Shown here: one piece after another, positions 1-10,053 of the stretch
How positions within the stretch are numbered: position 1 is the stretch's first letter
How the letters are laid out: each line of letters begins with the position of its first letter
DNA from: Candidatus Latescibacterota bacterium
Lineage (GTDB): Bacteria; Latescibacterota; UBA2968
DNA length: 64,000 nt
Assembly: GCA_965198115.1 (NCBI GenBank)
Contig: OZ240241.1
Span: forward strand, 5,088,001 to 5,152,000
Direction of reading: 5' to 3'
Made by a program: the position numbers and the translations under genes
The notes under the pieces: generated by a model
What the model saw: only the letters and a program-made list of their open reading frames with translations
Told to the model about the DNA's origin: nothing
Database searches by the model: none

Positions 1-890
1 AGGGCGGCCTGGATAATCTGGAGATACGTGACGGGGGGATCGACAATCTCGAGCATCATGTACGCCCCGGCCCCCATGATTGGAGGCACCAGGGCACCGC
101 CCGAGCTCGCAGCCGCTTCGATGCCGGCCGCCACCGTCGGACTGAAGCCGGCAGCGCGCATGAGTGGAATCGTGAAGGTGCCCGTTGTTGCCGTGTTGGC
201 TACGGCGCTCCCGGACAGTGACCCCATCATTCCGCTGCTGAGCACGGCTACTTTGGCGGGCGCCCCCCTGCTCGATCTGAACAGGCGTGTCGAGAATTCA
301 ATGATGAAGTCCGTGGCTTTCGTCCTCTCGAGAAGCGCGCCGAACAGGACGAACAGGAAGACGTAGGTGAACATCACGCGGAGGGCGATGCCGAAGACAC
401 CCTGGGAGTGCAGGTAGGTCTGACTGACGATCCGTTCCCATCCGTAGCCACGGTGGGGAAACAGAAAGTCGGGCATCCACGTCCCAAGATGGGCGTAGAG
501 AACGAAGGCGAGAGCGAGAATCGGCAACGTGAAGCCGATGGCCCGACGCGTGGCTTCGAGAATGAGTAGAAGACCCACCAGACCTACGGCGTGATCGAAA
601 ACCGTTTCGGCACCCGCGCGATTCCCCAGGTGCTGGCCTCCTGCCCAGAACCGGTCGAAGAGTGGTTCACCTTGAACCAGGACGTATCCGAAACAGAAGA
701 GTGTGGCCGCGACGAGGACGATGCGGGCGGCCGTGTGCTCCCCTCGCAGGAAAACGAGGAGCAGGCCCAGCCCCGCGAAGATCGCGAGCTGAGACTGGGG
801 ACCGAGCGTCGGGTAGTTGACCTGGGTGAGGACGAATGCCGTCAGGATGACGGCGAGGATGCTCTGGAGAGACGGGGTCGGTCTGGTCAT
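1..890 (-). CDS. TRAP transporter 4TM/12TM fused permease (5' part, runs off window start)
   Basis: Manual minus-strand reading from ATG at 890 gives a hydrophobic protein with GVFGIALRVMFTYVFLFVLFGA, SGSAVANTATTGTFTIPLM and EAAASSGGALVPPIMGAGA motifs; lies directly downstream of a TAXI receptor. Confidence 0.9.
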   Translation of the reverse strand, partial: MTRPTPSLQSILAVILTAFVLTQVNYPTLGPQSQLAIFAGLGLLLVFLRGEHTAARIVLVAATLFCFGYVLVQGEPLFDRFWAGGQHLGNRAGAETVFDHAVGLVGLLLILEATRRAIGFTLPILALAFVLYAHLGTWMPDFLFPHRGYGWERIVSQTYLHSQGVFGIALRVMFTYVFLFVLFGALLERTKATDFIIEFSTRLFRSSRGAPAKVAVLSSGMMGSLSGSAVANTATTGTFTIPLMRAAGFSPTVAAGIEAAASSGGALVPPIMGAGAYMMLEIVDPPVTYLQIIQAA

Positions 891-905
891 TCAGTGTTCA
901 AGGAA

Positions 906-1901
906 TCAGGATCCTGACCCCGGCCAGATACCGATTTCCCGGAAGTAGCGGATGGCTCCGGGATGAAAGGGCGTGCCGGTGTCCCTGACGATGTTCTTCG
1001 GGTTGATGGCGCGCCCGGCGGGATGCTTCTTGACGACTTCCTCACGGTATTCGTAGAGCGTCTTCGTGAACGTGTAGACCGTTTCGTCGTCGAGGTCGGC
1101 GCGAACGATGAGGTGCATGTTCCCGACGTTCATGCCCTCGTAGGGTTGGGTCTGGCCGCGGTAAGTGTTCGTTTTGATCGTCGCGGGGCCGAAGAAGGGA
1201 TACTGATCCAAAAGTCCCTTGCGGGACTCTTGATCGAACGGGATGAAGTGAATGTCTTGAGACGCCGTCGCCTGGGTGATCGATGCCGTGGGGACGGCAC
1301 CTCCGAGGAAGGCAGCGGCCGCCGATCCATCGGACAGCATGTCGACCGCGCCGGCCTGTGTCGCGTGCAGGGGGGTGAAATCCCAGTAGTCCAATCCGTG
1401 CGCGCTCAGGATGGGCTCCAGGAAATGCTCGAATCCGGCGCCGGCGGGGCCCACGACGACACGCTTGCCCCTCAAGTCGGCGATTCGTTCGACGCCGGAG
1501 GAGGCGGGTGTGATGAAGAGCGCGACGTTGGGGGCCAGGGTCATGACGGCTCTGATGTTCTGCTTCGACTCGAAGGCACCTTCTCCTCGGATTGCGAAGT
1601 AGGAGATTGCCGCATTCGCGAGCGCCAGATCGAGTTCTCCGGACGTGAGCCGACGAATGTTTTCCTGAGTGCCCTTGGTCGCTTCTGCAGAAACCTGCCA
1701 GCCTTCCGCCTGGTTTTCATCGACGACGGCTGCGATGGCTCCGCCGACTACGAAGAACGCGCCGCCTGGCGGAGCGGTACCGACGCTGAGGAACCGACGG
1801 GTGCCATCTTGCGGAGACGTGCAGGTCACGAGCATCAGAAGTAAGACGAGTTTGCAGTGTTTTGCCGCGATGGACATGCGTACTCCCGTATCCGACCTCA
1901 T
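906..1901 (-). CDS. TAXI-family TRAP transporter solute-binding subunit
   Basis: GTAPPGGAFF, ATKGTQENI, DLRGKRVVVGPAGAG and PFHPGAIRYFRE motifs; true start may be slightly downstream. Confidence 0.93.
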   Translation of the reverse strand: MRSDTGVRMSIAAKHCKLVLLLMLVTCTSPQDGTRRFLSVGTAPPGGAFFVVGGAIAAVVDENQAEGWQVSAEATKGTQENIRRLTSGELDLALANAAISYFAIRGEGAFESKQNIRAVMTLAPNVALFITPASSGVERIADLRGKRVVVGPAGAGFEHFLEPILSAHGLDYWDFTPLHATQAGAVDMLSDGSAAAAFLGGAVPTASITQATASQDIHFIPFDQESRKGLLDQYPFFGPATIKTNTYRGQTQPYEGMNVGNMHLIVRADLDDETVYTFTKTLYEYREEVVKKHPAGRAINPKNIVRDTGTPFHPGAIRYFREIGIWPGSGS

Positions 1902-1993
1902 TCCGAAATCGACGTCCGGGTCGGCGTTGCATTAGAGTTTGAACCGACCCGGGTGCTCAATATACCCAATCCGCTTCCAGGTCGTACCGCTGC

Positions 1994-3463
1994 TTACTTT
2001 CCGACCGGATCCTTCTTGAATCCGTCGACTTTGCCTTCGGTCTTGTGGAGGTAATGTTTGACGAAGCGGCGGGCGCGATAGGATTTGATGTGGCGCAGCC
2101 AGTGCTGGCGTGGACGCTTGGTCTCATTCGTCTCCACGTGAACGGTGTCGCCCCAGGACAGGACAGAAAAAGGCGAGGTCGGTTTCCCGTTCACGGACGC
2201 AGCGTGGCAGTGCGTGCCCAGATCCGTGTGAACGGCGAACGCGAAATCGAGCACGGATGCCCCTTCGGGCAGGACGATCGCGTCGCCCTCGGGCGTAAAG
2301 GTGACGATTTCCTTGACGAACAGGATGCGATGCAGCTCATCCAGAAGGTGATGCGAGGGTACGTCGTGATCGTGCCAGTCGGACAATTCCTCGAGCCATC
2401 GACGTCGGCTGGCTTCCAGGATTCGATCGCCCTTGAGAACGGCGACGCCGAGTTCCCCCATGCGGTGCATGGCGGGGGTCTGGATGTGGACCTCATAGCG
2501 ATGTCCGCCGTGCAGCACCGTCGTGTGCAGGGCCTGGTATCTGTTCCTTTTGGGCAGGGCGATGAAATCCTTCACCCGCTCCATGACGGGAGCGAAGTGG
2601 CCGTGGATTGTGCCCAGGCTGCGATAGCAGGCATCGCGACTCGACACGACCACCTCAATCGCGTACCGGTCGTAGATGTTGGCCAGCGGAGCCTGGGCCG
2701 CGACCATTTTGCCGTGGATGCTCGTCAGACTCTTGGTCTGGATTCGAGTTCTTGAACGAATGTCCTGCTGCCGGAGCAGCTCTGTGACGGCCTCGGAAAA
2801 GTCGCAGAAAGATTTCGGAGGTCCAAGATCGAGTTGGGCGGACATATCGGCGAAGGTTTCGGGCTCGAGACAGCCGAAGCTCGCGTTCTGAAGCTCCCGC
2901 GTGGTGCGTCCCATGCCGAGGAGATGTGAAATTGGAGCGTAGAGTTCGACGGTTTCCCGTGCAATGCGCGCGCGGCGGCTCGGATCTTCGATGCCCTCGA
3001 TGCTACGCATGTTGTGTACACGATCGGCCAATTTGAGGATGAGGACGCGCGGGTCTTCGCGAGCGGCGGCGAACAGCTTTTGAAGCGTAGCGACTCTGCG
3101 CGTCGTACGGTTTCTGGCGTGGCTCGCTTCCACCTTGGTGACGCCTCGAACAAGGGTGGCCACGGCCTCTCCGAAGGTGGGCGCGATGTCGCCGATGTCG
3201 AGCGCCGAGTCTTCGACCGCGTCGTGCAGTAGCGCGGCGGTTACCATCTCCGAGTCGTGAGAGAATCCCATTTCGGATGCGAGCAGGAGGGCGACTGCGA
3301 TCGGGTGGATGATGAACGGCTGGCCCGTGTCGCGATGCTGGCCCTCGTGGCTGGCGAACGCGAGGTGGTAGGCCTGCCCGACCGTGGGATGGTCGGTCTG
3401 GGGCACCCGCGCGAGCAGTCTTTTGAGCGGGTCACGGACCTGTCTGATGCCTTCGGGGTTCAC
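1994..3463 (-). CDS. Truncated RelA/SpoT homologue (HD + synthetase-like + TGS; no ZFD/ACT)
   Basis: HEGQHRDTGQPFIIHP, AALLHDAVED, LKLADRVHNMR, KDFIALPKRNRYQALHT and TGS-type LDFAFAVHTDLG motifs; 489 aa. Confidence 0.9.
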   Translation of the reverse strand: MNPEGIRQVRDPLKRLLARVPQTDHPTVGQAYHLAFASHEGQHRDTGQPFIIHPIAVALLLASEMGFSHDSEMVTAALLHDAVEDSALDIGDIAPTFGEAVATLVRGVTKVEASHARNRTTRRVATLQKLFAAAREDPRVLILKLADRVHNMRSIEGIEDPSRRARIARETVELYAPISHLLGMGRTTRELQNASFGCLEPETFADMSAQLDLGPPKSFCDFSEAVTELLRQQDIRSRTRIQTKSLTSIHGKMVAAQAPLANIYDRYAIEVVVSSRDACYRSLGTIHGHFAPVMERVKDFIALPKRNRYQALHTTVLHGGHRYEVHIQTPAMHRMGELGVAVLKGDRILEASRRRWLEELSDWHDHDVPSHHLLDELHRILFVKEIVTFTPEGDAIVLPEGASVLDFAFAVHTDLGTHCHAASVNGKPTSPFSVLSWGDTVHVETNETKRPRQHWLRHIKSYRARRFVKHYLHKTEGKVDGFKKDPVGK

Positions 3464-6400
3464 GACGCCTTGCGCTCTACGATCGGGTCTACCGGGGTTG
3501 CCTCCTGATCGGGGAAGAAGGATCGAACGGCATCGATCAGTTCGGTCTGCGAGGCGAAGGTCCTTGTGGGGGCGGGCAGGGACTCCAGGAAGGCTTTGCC
3601 GTATCGCGTTGACAGGACCCGGCTGTCGAGTACGAGGACGATGCCTCTGTCGGAAGCGTTTCGAATCAGGCGACCGAAACCCTGGCGAAATTTGAGGATC
3701 GCTTCCGGAACGGAGTAGTGGATGAACGGATCCTTCCCCTGCTTCTGCAACTCCTCCATCTGGGCTTCGACGAGCGGGTCGGTGGGGACGGCGAAAGGCA
3801 GCCTTACGATAGCCAGAATTTCGAGGACCTCACCCGGAAGATCGACGCCTTCCCAGAAGCTGTCCGTGCCCAAAAGGACGGCCGGCCGATGCTCGCGAAA
3901 CCGCTCTGTGATCTGAGCCCGTGGGCCGTCGATGCCCTGGCCGAGGAGGGTCACCCCGTGCGACTGCAGCTCGAGCTTCACGGCGTGATAGGTCTTGTTG
4001 AGCATGCTGTAGGATGTGTAGAGCCCGAGGGTGCCGCGTCGAGCGTTGACGGCCACGTCGCGAATCAGGTCGTCGACCGCGTCCTGGAACGCAGGATCCT
4101 TGGGTACGGGTACGAACTGGGGCGCGCAGACCAGCGCCTGGGTTTCGTAGTCGAATGGTGACCCCAGGCAGAGGCTCTGGACGCGATCCTCGTCGGCGCC
4201 CTCGAGACCGACGCGTCGGAGGAAGTAAACGAGACGACCTCGAATGCCGAGCGTGGCAGACGTGTAGACGATGGTCTGCATTCGCTCGTAGAGCAGTTCC
4301 TCGAGATGCTCGGCGATCCTGAGCGGGGCGGATTGAAGTCGAGTGTCGGCACTGCCTTCGCGGGAAGGCAGCTCCATCCAATAGACAGTCCCTTCGTATT
4401 CCGGGTCGGTCAGGTGCTCGATGTCGCTCAGGAGCTCGACGCAATCGGTGATTCTCGCGTCGAGCTCGTTCTTGAGGTCTTCCTGATTCGGGAATGCATC
4501 GTCTTTGAGGTCTTTCATCCAGGTCGAGATTTGCTGGAGGCGATCTCCTGCCTGCTTGCTCGCGTCGGCAAACGGCGTCAGCGTCTCCATGAGATCCTGG
4601 AACAGTGCGTCATCGGCCTTGTAGCGCAGTTTTTCGACGTAGGCATTTCGCTTTCCGCCCACGCGCTCTCGGGATCGATCGGTGAGGTCCTGGAAAAAAG
4701 TTTGAGTGTGGAGCCAAAGGTCCTCGACAGCTGCTTCGGCGGAGGCGATGCCCGATTCGAAGCCCTTGAGCTCGGTGGGCTTGAGCTCTCCAACCTTGAT
4801 CCAGTGCTTTAGCCCCGGTAGCGTCCCCGCGCTCGAGAAACCGGGGCTGCGGAGCTGATCGCACAGATTCTTGACTCGCCAGATGGTGAGTTCACGGCCC
4901 AGGTATTGCGAAGCGACTTTTTCGACATTGTGCGCCTCGTCGATGATCAGGTGTTCGTATTCGCCGAGAATGCCGTTTTCGGTCGACAGGTCGGAGAACA
5001 AAAGGGAGTGGTTAACGACGACGATGTGCGCCTTCTGGGCGGATTTCCGAATGTTGTTGGCGAAGCACCGTCCGTTCGTCCGGCACTTCTGGCTGCGGCA
5101 GAACCCGCTGTCGCTGCAGACTTTGTTCCACAGCCCGCCCGACCGGGACAGATCGAACCCGCCGTGCTCTGCGATGTCGCCCGTTCGAGTGGTGGACGCC
5201 CACAGCAGGAGGTGCATCGCGGCGATACGCTCGTCGTTCGTGAAGACGGCCTCGGCGTTGGCGAGCGCCGCCGACCATCTGTTCAGGCAGATGTAGTTAG
5301 CCCTTCCCTTCAGCAGCGCGTACTGGAAAGCTTCCTCGAGTGTCTGGGCGAGGGAAGGAAGGTCTTTGTAGAAGAGCTGTTCCTGCAGGTTCTTCGTGTT
5401 CGTAGAAACGACGACGCGGGCATTGTTCTGGACGGCGTATTGGATGGCCGGAATGAGGTAGGCGAGTGATTTTCCGACCCCCGTCCCGGCTTCGACGGCC
5501 AGGATCTGACTGCCGTTGAACGCGGACCCGACCGCGGCGGCCATTTCGACCTGCTGTTCACGATGCTCGTAGCCATCCGTCTTCTCATCGAGCAACCCGC
5601 CTGGTTTGAAGCAGGCTTCGATGGATCCGAGATCGATGGGTTGGCTCGAGGCTTTGTCTTCCGATGGTTGCTCGCCCCCCAGGTTGAAGAGACGGGCGTC
5701 GGTCGGTCGAGCATCGGCGTCGGTCGCCATTCCGGGCAGCGGCGCGTTTTCGGACGCAGACTCGTTACCTATTTCGACCAGGATGGGAAGCAGGTCTGAG
5801 CCCGTTCCAGTCAAGAGCCGCAGCATCTGTTGCTTGATGTTCAACGGGAGTCCGCGCAGGAGGTCGACGAGGCTGAGATAGATTCCCGCGAGCTCCGAGG
5901 CTTCCCGACGCGATTTCAACCCGTCCTCGGATTCGGTCTCGAAGAAAGAGGCAAGGGTGTCGGCTTTGTGGTCGTTGAGTGTGGGAAGCAGGGCCCGAGC
6001 CAGATCTCTGAGGCCGTGAACGCCGTTTTCGACGAGGCGTGGATGGGCAGCGTCGAGGAACCGGGATTCGAATCGACCCCCGTAAGCGATGAGAGGGTGG
6101 CCGTCGACGAACGCGATCAGCTCGTCGAGCGCCTTGGCACGTGGAGGCGCCTTGGCCAGGAGATCGGGTGTGACGTCCAACAGGCGTACGATGTCTTCGG
6201 GTACCCGGCCGGTCGGTTTCACGTAGGTGTGGAATCGATCGACGACTTCGCCATCGCGCACCCTGACGGCGCCGATTTCGATGATTTCGTCGGACCGAGG
6301 GTTGAGCCCGGTCGTTTCGATGTCGATGGAGGCGAATGTGGTTAGGAGAGACAAGGGCACTGTCCGTGATCCGTTGTCCGTGAGCCGAAAAACCCAGCGC

Positions 6401-6549
6401 CTGAACGACGGCGGCGGGGATTGGAGAAATGTGGGACCGATGCGAAGGCTGAGGGCGTGTGACGAGCGAAGGCTCGTGCGTTTGAGGTCGCCACGTTGAC
6501 AAAGGGTGCTATGCCCTCTATCATAGCCGGAGTCGGGCCATTTGACCAA
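3460..6549 (-). CDS. dinG: DinG-family helicase with N-terminal DnaQ-like exonuclease domain
   Basis: DIETTG at N-terminus; EAGTGVGKS (Walker A), Fe-S cysteines, IIDEAH, SAT, SFWEGVDLPG, QGFGRLIR; real start probably ~6350-6400. Confidence 0.9.
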   Translation of the reverse strand: MVKWPDSGYDRGHSTLCQRGDLKRTSLRSSHALSLRIGPTFLQSPPPSFRRWVFRLTDNGSRTVPLSLLTTFASIDIETTGLNPRSDEIIEIGAVRVRDGEVVDRFHTYVKPTGRVPEDIVRLLDVTPDLLAKAPPRAKALDELIAFVDGHPLIAYGGRFESRFLDAAHPRLVENGVHGLRDLARALLPTLNDHKADTLASFFETESEDGLKSRREASELAGIYLSLVDLLRGLPLNIKQQMLRLLTGTGSDLLPILVEIGNESASENAPLPGMATDADARPTDARLFNLGGEQPSEDKASSQPIDLGSIEACFKPGGLLDEKTDGYEHREQQVEMAAAVGSAFNGSQILAVEAGTGVGKSLAYLIPAIQYAVQNNARVVVSTNTKNLQEQLFYKDLPSLAQTLEEAFQYALLKGRANYICLNRWSAALANAEAVFTNDERIAAMHLLLWASTTRTGDIAEHGGFDLSRSGGLWNKVCSDSGFCRSQKCRTNGRCFANNIRKSAQKAHIVVVNHSLLFSDLSTENGILGEYEHLIIDEAHNVEKVASQYLGRELTIWRVKNLCDQLRSPGFSSAGTLPGLKHWIKVGELKPTELKGFESGIASAEAAVEDLWLHTQTFFQDLTDRSRERVGGKRNAYVEKLRYKADDALFQDLMETLTPFADASKQAGDRLQQISTWMKDLKDDAFPNQEDLKNELDARITDCVELLSDIEHLTDPEYEGTVYWMELPSREGSADTRLQSAPLRIAEHLEELLYERMQTIVYTSATLGIRGRLVYFLRRVGLEGADEDRVQSLCLGSPFDYETQALVCAPQFVPVPKDPAFQDAVDDLIRDVAVNARRGTLGLYTSYSMLNKTYHAVKLELQSHGVTLLGQGIDGPRAQITERFREHRPAVLLGTDSFWEGVDLPGEVLEILAIVRLPFAVPTDPLVEAQMEELQKQGKDPFIHYSVPEAILKFRQGFGRLIRNASDRGIVLVLDSRVLSTRYGKAFLESLPAPTRTFASQTELIDAVRSFFPDQEATPVDPIVERKAS

Positions 6550-6628
6550 TAATATGATACGGACGTGGCCAATTCAAGCGTCGGTATCGTCCTGTTTTTA
6601 CGGATTTAACGTGGGGAAAGGGGTCTTC

Positions 6629-7645
6629 GTGAAGGCGTGTGTGTATACGGGTGTGGAGCGGATGGAAGTTCGGGAAATCGAGCGTCCTCCCAGGGGCGAA
6701 AACGAAGTCACGATTGAGGTGGCGCGGGCGGGGCTGTGTGGGACGGATCTCCACGTCTATCTCGGAGACATGGCGCACCGGGTGACGCCGCCGCGCGTCC
6801 TGGGTCACGAGATGGTCGGGGCGATTGTGGAAGCACCCGATCAGGACCTTGTCACGGTCGGCGACAGGGTCGTCGTCGAACCGACGGTTTTCTGCGGGGC
6901 GTGTGCGGCCTGCCGACGAGGACACACCCACGTCTGTCAGAATCTCAATTTCATGGGGGTGGACAGCACGGGCGCGTTCGCCAACTACTGGAATGTGCCG
7001 GTGGATCGACTTCACAAGGTGCCCGATACGCTGGATGATGTCGCCGGCGCCCTGATCGAGCCCCTGGCCGTAGCGGTTCACGACGTGCGGCGGGCACAGG
7101 TCGAAGTCGGTGATCGTGCCGTGGTCATCGGGGGCGGCCCCATCGGTTTGCTCGTGGCCATTGCGGCCCGTCTGGACGGTGCGGATGTCGTGATCAGCGA
7201 GGTGAATCCGTTCCGGATCGGGGTCGCGGAGTCGTGTGGGTTTACGACGGTCAATCCGACCGAAACGGATCTGGTCGCTTTCGTGGAGGACTGGACGAAC
7301 GGGGCGGCGGCCGATCTCGTTTTCGAAGTGAGCGGCCATCCGGCCGGCGCAGCGATGATGACCGAGATCGTGAGGGTACGCGGTACGATCGCGCTCGTCG
7401 GTGTCCACGCGGACCCCGTTCCCGTGAACCTCCAGCAGTTCTTCGCTCGGGAGCTCCACCTGACGGGTTGTCGTGTCTACGAGCCGATCGATTTCGAGCG
7501 GGCGATCCGCATCGCAGAGGCGGGCCACGTCGACGTCGACAAGATCGTTTCCAAGGTCACACCCATGGAAGAGATCGGGTGGGGGTTCGAGCAGATGAAG
7601 AATGGCGGGGACGTTATGAAAGTTATGATTGATTGCCAGAGTTAA
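6629..7645 (+). CDS. Zn-dependent sugar/polyol dehydrogenase (MDR family)
   Basis: GLCGTD, GHE, CxxCxxC-x7-C, GGGPIG motifs; GTG start at 6629 after a purine-rich RBS. Confidence 0.92.
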   Translation: MKACVYTGVERMEVREIERPPRGENEVTIEVARAGLCGTDLHVYLGDMAHRVTPPRVLGHEMVGAIVEAPDQDLVTVGDRVVVEPTVFCGACAACRRGHTHVCQNLNFMGVDSTGAFANYWNVPVDRLHKVPDTLDDVAGALIEPLAVAVHDVRRAQVEVGDRAVVIGGGPIGLLVAIAARLDGADVVISEVNPFRIGVAESCGFTTVNPTETDLVAFVEDWTNGAAADLVFEVSGHPAGAAMMTEIVRVRGTIALVGVHADPVPVNLQQFFARELHLTGCRVYEPIDFERAIRIAEAGHVDVDKIVSKVTPMEEIGWGFEQMKNGGDVMKVMIDCQS

Positions 7646-7683
7646 TCGTATCGCTACGGCGTACCTGTTGGGAAACGCATTTT

Positions 7684-7830
7684 GGTGGACGGTGGACGGG
7701 AAAGACGTAGACGTAGACGGAGGACGGTGGACAGTGGACGGGAACGACGGGTTTCGCCCCCAATGCCGGTGGGAGCAGCCTCTCGGCTGCGAACCGATTG
7801 ACCATTGACAAGTGACATTGACCAGTGACC
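7684..7830 (+). repeat. Intergenic mosaic of 7-nt-period repeats (GTGGACG-like, TGACCAN-like) with an embedded REP-like palindrome
   Basis: GTGGACGGTGGACGG...GGACGGTGGACAGTGGACGG; TGACCATTGACAAGTGACATTGACCAGTGACC; GTGGGAGCAGCCTCTCGGCTGCGA at 7769-7792. Confidence 0.8.
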
Positions 7831-7846
7831 AAAGAGAAGGGCGGCA

Positions 7847-8614
7847 ATGAACATTCTTGATGCGTTCAGTTTGGAAGGGAAGACGGCTCTTGTTACGGGA
7901 GCCAGCGCGGGACTCGGGCGGGGGATGGCGGAAGGGTTGGCGGAGGCGGGGGCGGATGTGGTAGTGGTGAGTCGTTCGGCGGAGCGGTTGGAGCCGGTTC
8001 GGGATACGATTCGAGCGATGGGGAGGACGTGTGAGGCGATTCCAGCGGATGTGGGGGATGCGTCGACGATTCGGGATATGGTGGCTAAAGCGAAGGATGT
8101 GACGGGGTCGATCGACATTCTGGTGGCGAATGCCGGAACGACGCATCGATCGCCGGCCGAGGATTTTCCCGAGGAAGAATGGCGCAGGGTGATCGACGTC
8201 AACCTGAATGCGGTTTGGTTCTGCGCCCAAGAAGCGGGCAAGTTGATGATCGATCAGAACCGGGGGAAGGTGATCGCGACGGCTTCGTTGCTGACCTTCC
8301 AGGGGGGGATCACCGTGCCGGCTTATGCAGCGAGCAAGGGCGCGGTGGGACAGCTGATCAAGGCTCTGGCGAACGACTGGGCGAAGTACAACATCCAGGC
8401 CAACGCGATCGCTCCGGGCTACTTCGCGACGGATCTGACGGAGGCGCTTCAGAACGACGAAACTCGGTCCCGGCAGATCTTGGAGCGGATTCCGGCCGAT
8501 CGATGGGGACTGCCGGAGGACATGAAAGGTGCGGCTGTCTTCCTGGCTTCCGATGCGTCAAACTACGTGACCGGGCACGTGCTCGTGGTGGATGGGGGAT
8601 GGATGGGGAGGTAG
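7847..8614 (+). CDS. kduD: 2-deoxy-D-gluconate 3-dehydrogenase (SDR)
   Basis: TGASAGLG, ASLLTFQGGITVPAYAASKG, NAIAPGY, VDGGWMGR; typical KduD. Confidence 0.88.
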   Translation: MNILDAFSLEGKTALVTGASAGLGRGMAEGLAEAGADVVVVSRSAERLEPVRDTIRAMGRTCEAIPADVGDASTIRDMVAKAKDVTGSIDILVANAGTTHRSPAEDFPEEEWRRVIDVNLNAVWFCAQEAGKLMIDQNRGKVIATASLLTFQGGITVPAYAASKGAVGQLIKALANDWAKYNIQANAIAPGYFATDLTEALQNDETRSRQILERIPADRWGLPEDMKGAAVFLASDASNYVTGHVLVVDGGWMGR

Positions 8615-8674
8615 GACATTGAAAATGAAAATTAGGAAATTGAGAATTTCGTGGACCGCTCACGGGGTTGGCTG

Positions 8675-8881
8675 ATGGGCAAGAGCCTGATGATTGCCGG
8701 GGTTGTCCTGTTCTTCGCAGGGTTGGTCGTGATGTACGGAGATCGGATTCCGTTCCTCGGAAAGTTGCCAGGTGATATTCACGTCAAGGGGAAGGGCTAC
8801 TCCATCTACTTTCCGATCGTAACGTGCGTCGTGATCAGTGTGATTGCGACGCTGATTCTCACCTTCCTCAATCGACGATGA
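8675..8881 (+). CDS. DUF2905-family small membrane protein
   Basis: LGKLPGDI...YFPIVTC motif, two TM segments; typical position upstream of queA. Confidence 0.85.
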   Translation: MGKSLMIAGVVLFFAGLVVMYGDRIPFLGKLPGDIHVKGKGYSIYFPIVTCVVISVIATLILTFLNRR

Positions 8882-9030
8882 TGTCGATCGGCTATCTCCT
8901 GGCCGATATCGATCGGGGCAGAACCCAGACACCTTTGCTTTCCCGAAATCTACAGTCGAGCAGGCGACCCAGCGAGCAGGCGTGGCTCTGCGCTTCTGCT
9001 ACAGAGCGGGCGCGCTGAAAGTGTAACCGG

Positions 9031-10053
9031 TTGAAGCTCTCGGATTTCGATTACGACCTGCCCCCATCCATGATCGCGCAGCATCCGGTGGCGAAGCGGG
9101 ACGCGTCACGGTTGATGGTTCTGGATCGAGCGCTCCAATCGATTTCCCACCATACCTTTTCAGATCTTCCCGATTTGCTGAAAGCCCAAGACTGTCTCGT
9201 CATCAATGAGACGCGTGTAGGTCCGGTCCGTCTGTTCGGTCGACGTCGCGAAACAGGGGGGGCCGTCGAGCTGCTGCTCGTCCGTCCGTTTGAAGACGGG
9301 TCGTGGGAGGCGCTCGCGAGACCGGGTCGCCGGCTGCGGCCAGGCGTCGAAATCGCGTTCGATGGCAGCGATGGCGTCGTCACCGTCGTGGAGGTCTTGC
9401 CCGACGGTCATCGGCGTGTGACGTTCGACAGAGACGCCGAGGCGCTCATGGCTTCGCACGGCCGGACACCGCTGCCGCCTTACATCCAGCGCGAGGCGGA
9501 TGATGCGGATTCGGAGCGCTATCAGACGGTCTATGCGAAGGAGCCGGGCGCCGTTGCGGCGCCGACAGCTGGACTGCATTTCACACATGACATGCTGGGA
9601 AAAATCGAGGCAATGGGAGTCGACATCGCTCGCGTTTTACTGCACGTGGGCCCGGGGACGTTCAGACCGATAGAGTCCGACGATCCGACGCAACACCGGA
9701 TGCACAGCGAGTACTACGAATTAGACGAAGCAGCGGCAGGGTCCGTCAATTCGACGTGCCGACGCGGTGGACGGATCGTCGCAGTCGGGACCACATCGGT
9801 TCGGGTTCTTGAAGCGAACGCGGCTGATCGCGTCGTGACGCACGATACCGGTTGGACGGATATTTTCATCTACCCGCCCTATTGTTTCCAGATGGTGGAT
9901 GCGTTGATTACGAATTTCCATCTGCCTCGATCGACTCTGCTGATGCTCGTGTCGGCGTTTGCGGGGCAGGAGTTCATCCTGGAGGCATACCAGTCGGCCA
10001 TTGCCGAAGATTATCGGTTCTATAGTTATGGGGATGCGATGTTGATTGTCTGA
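9031..10053 (+). CDS. queA: S-adenosylmethionine:tRNA ribosyltransferase-isomerase
   Basis: SDFDYDLP, PLPPYI, YQTVYA, AAPTAGLHF, TNFHLPRSTL, YRFYSYGDAM. Confidence 0.98.
   Translation: MKLSDFDYDLPPSMIAQHPVAKRDASRLMVLDRALQSISHHTFSDLPDLLKAQDCLVINETRVGPVRLFGRRRETGGAVELLLVRPFEDGSWEALARPGRRLRPGVEIAFDGSDGVVTVVEVLPDGHRRVTFDRDAEALMASHGRTPLPPYIQREADDADSERYQTVYAKEPGAVAAPTAGLHFTHDMLGKIEAMGVDIARVLLHVGPGTFRPIESDDPTQHRMHSEYYELDEAAAGSVNSTCRRGGRIVAVGTTSVRVLEANAADRVVTHDTGWTDIFIYPPYCFQMVDALITNFHLPRSTLLMLVSAFAGQEFILEAYQSAIAEDYRFYSYGDAMLIV

Noticed and set aside
6521-8230. 569-aa minus-strand ORF and similar long antisense ORFs (e.g. 33388-34671, 40765-41955, 57983-59149)
   Set aside because: Shadow frames of well-supported genes in GC-rich DNA; no recognisable motifs
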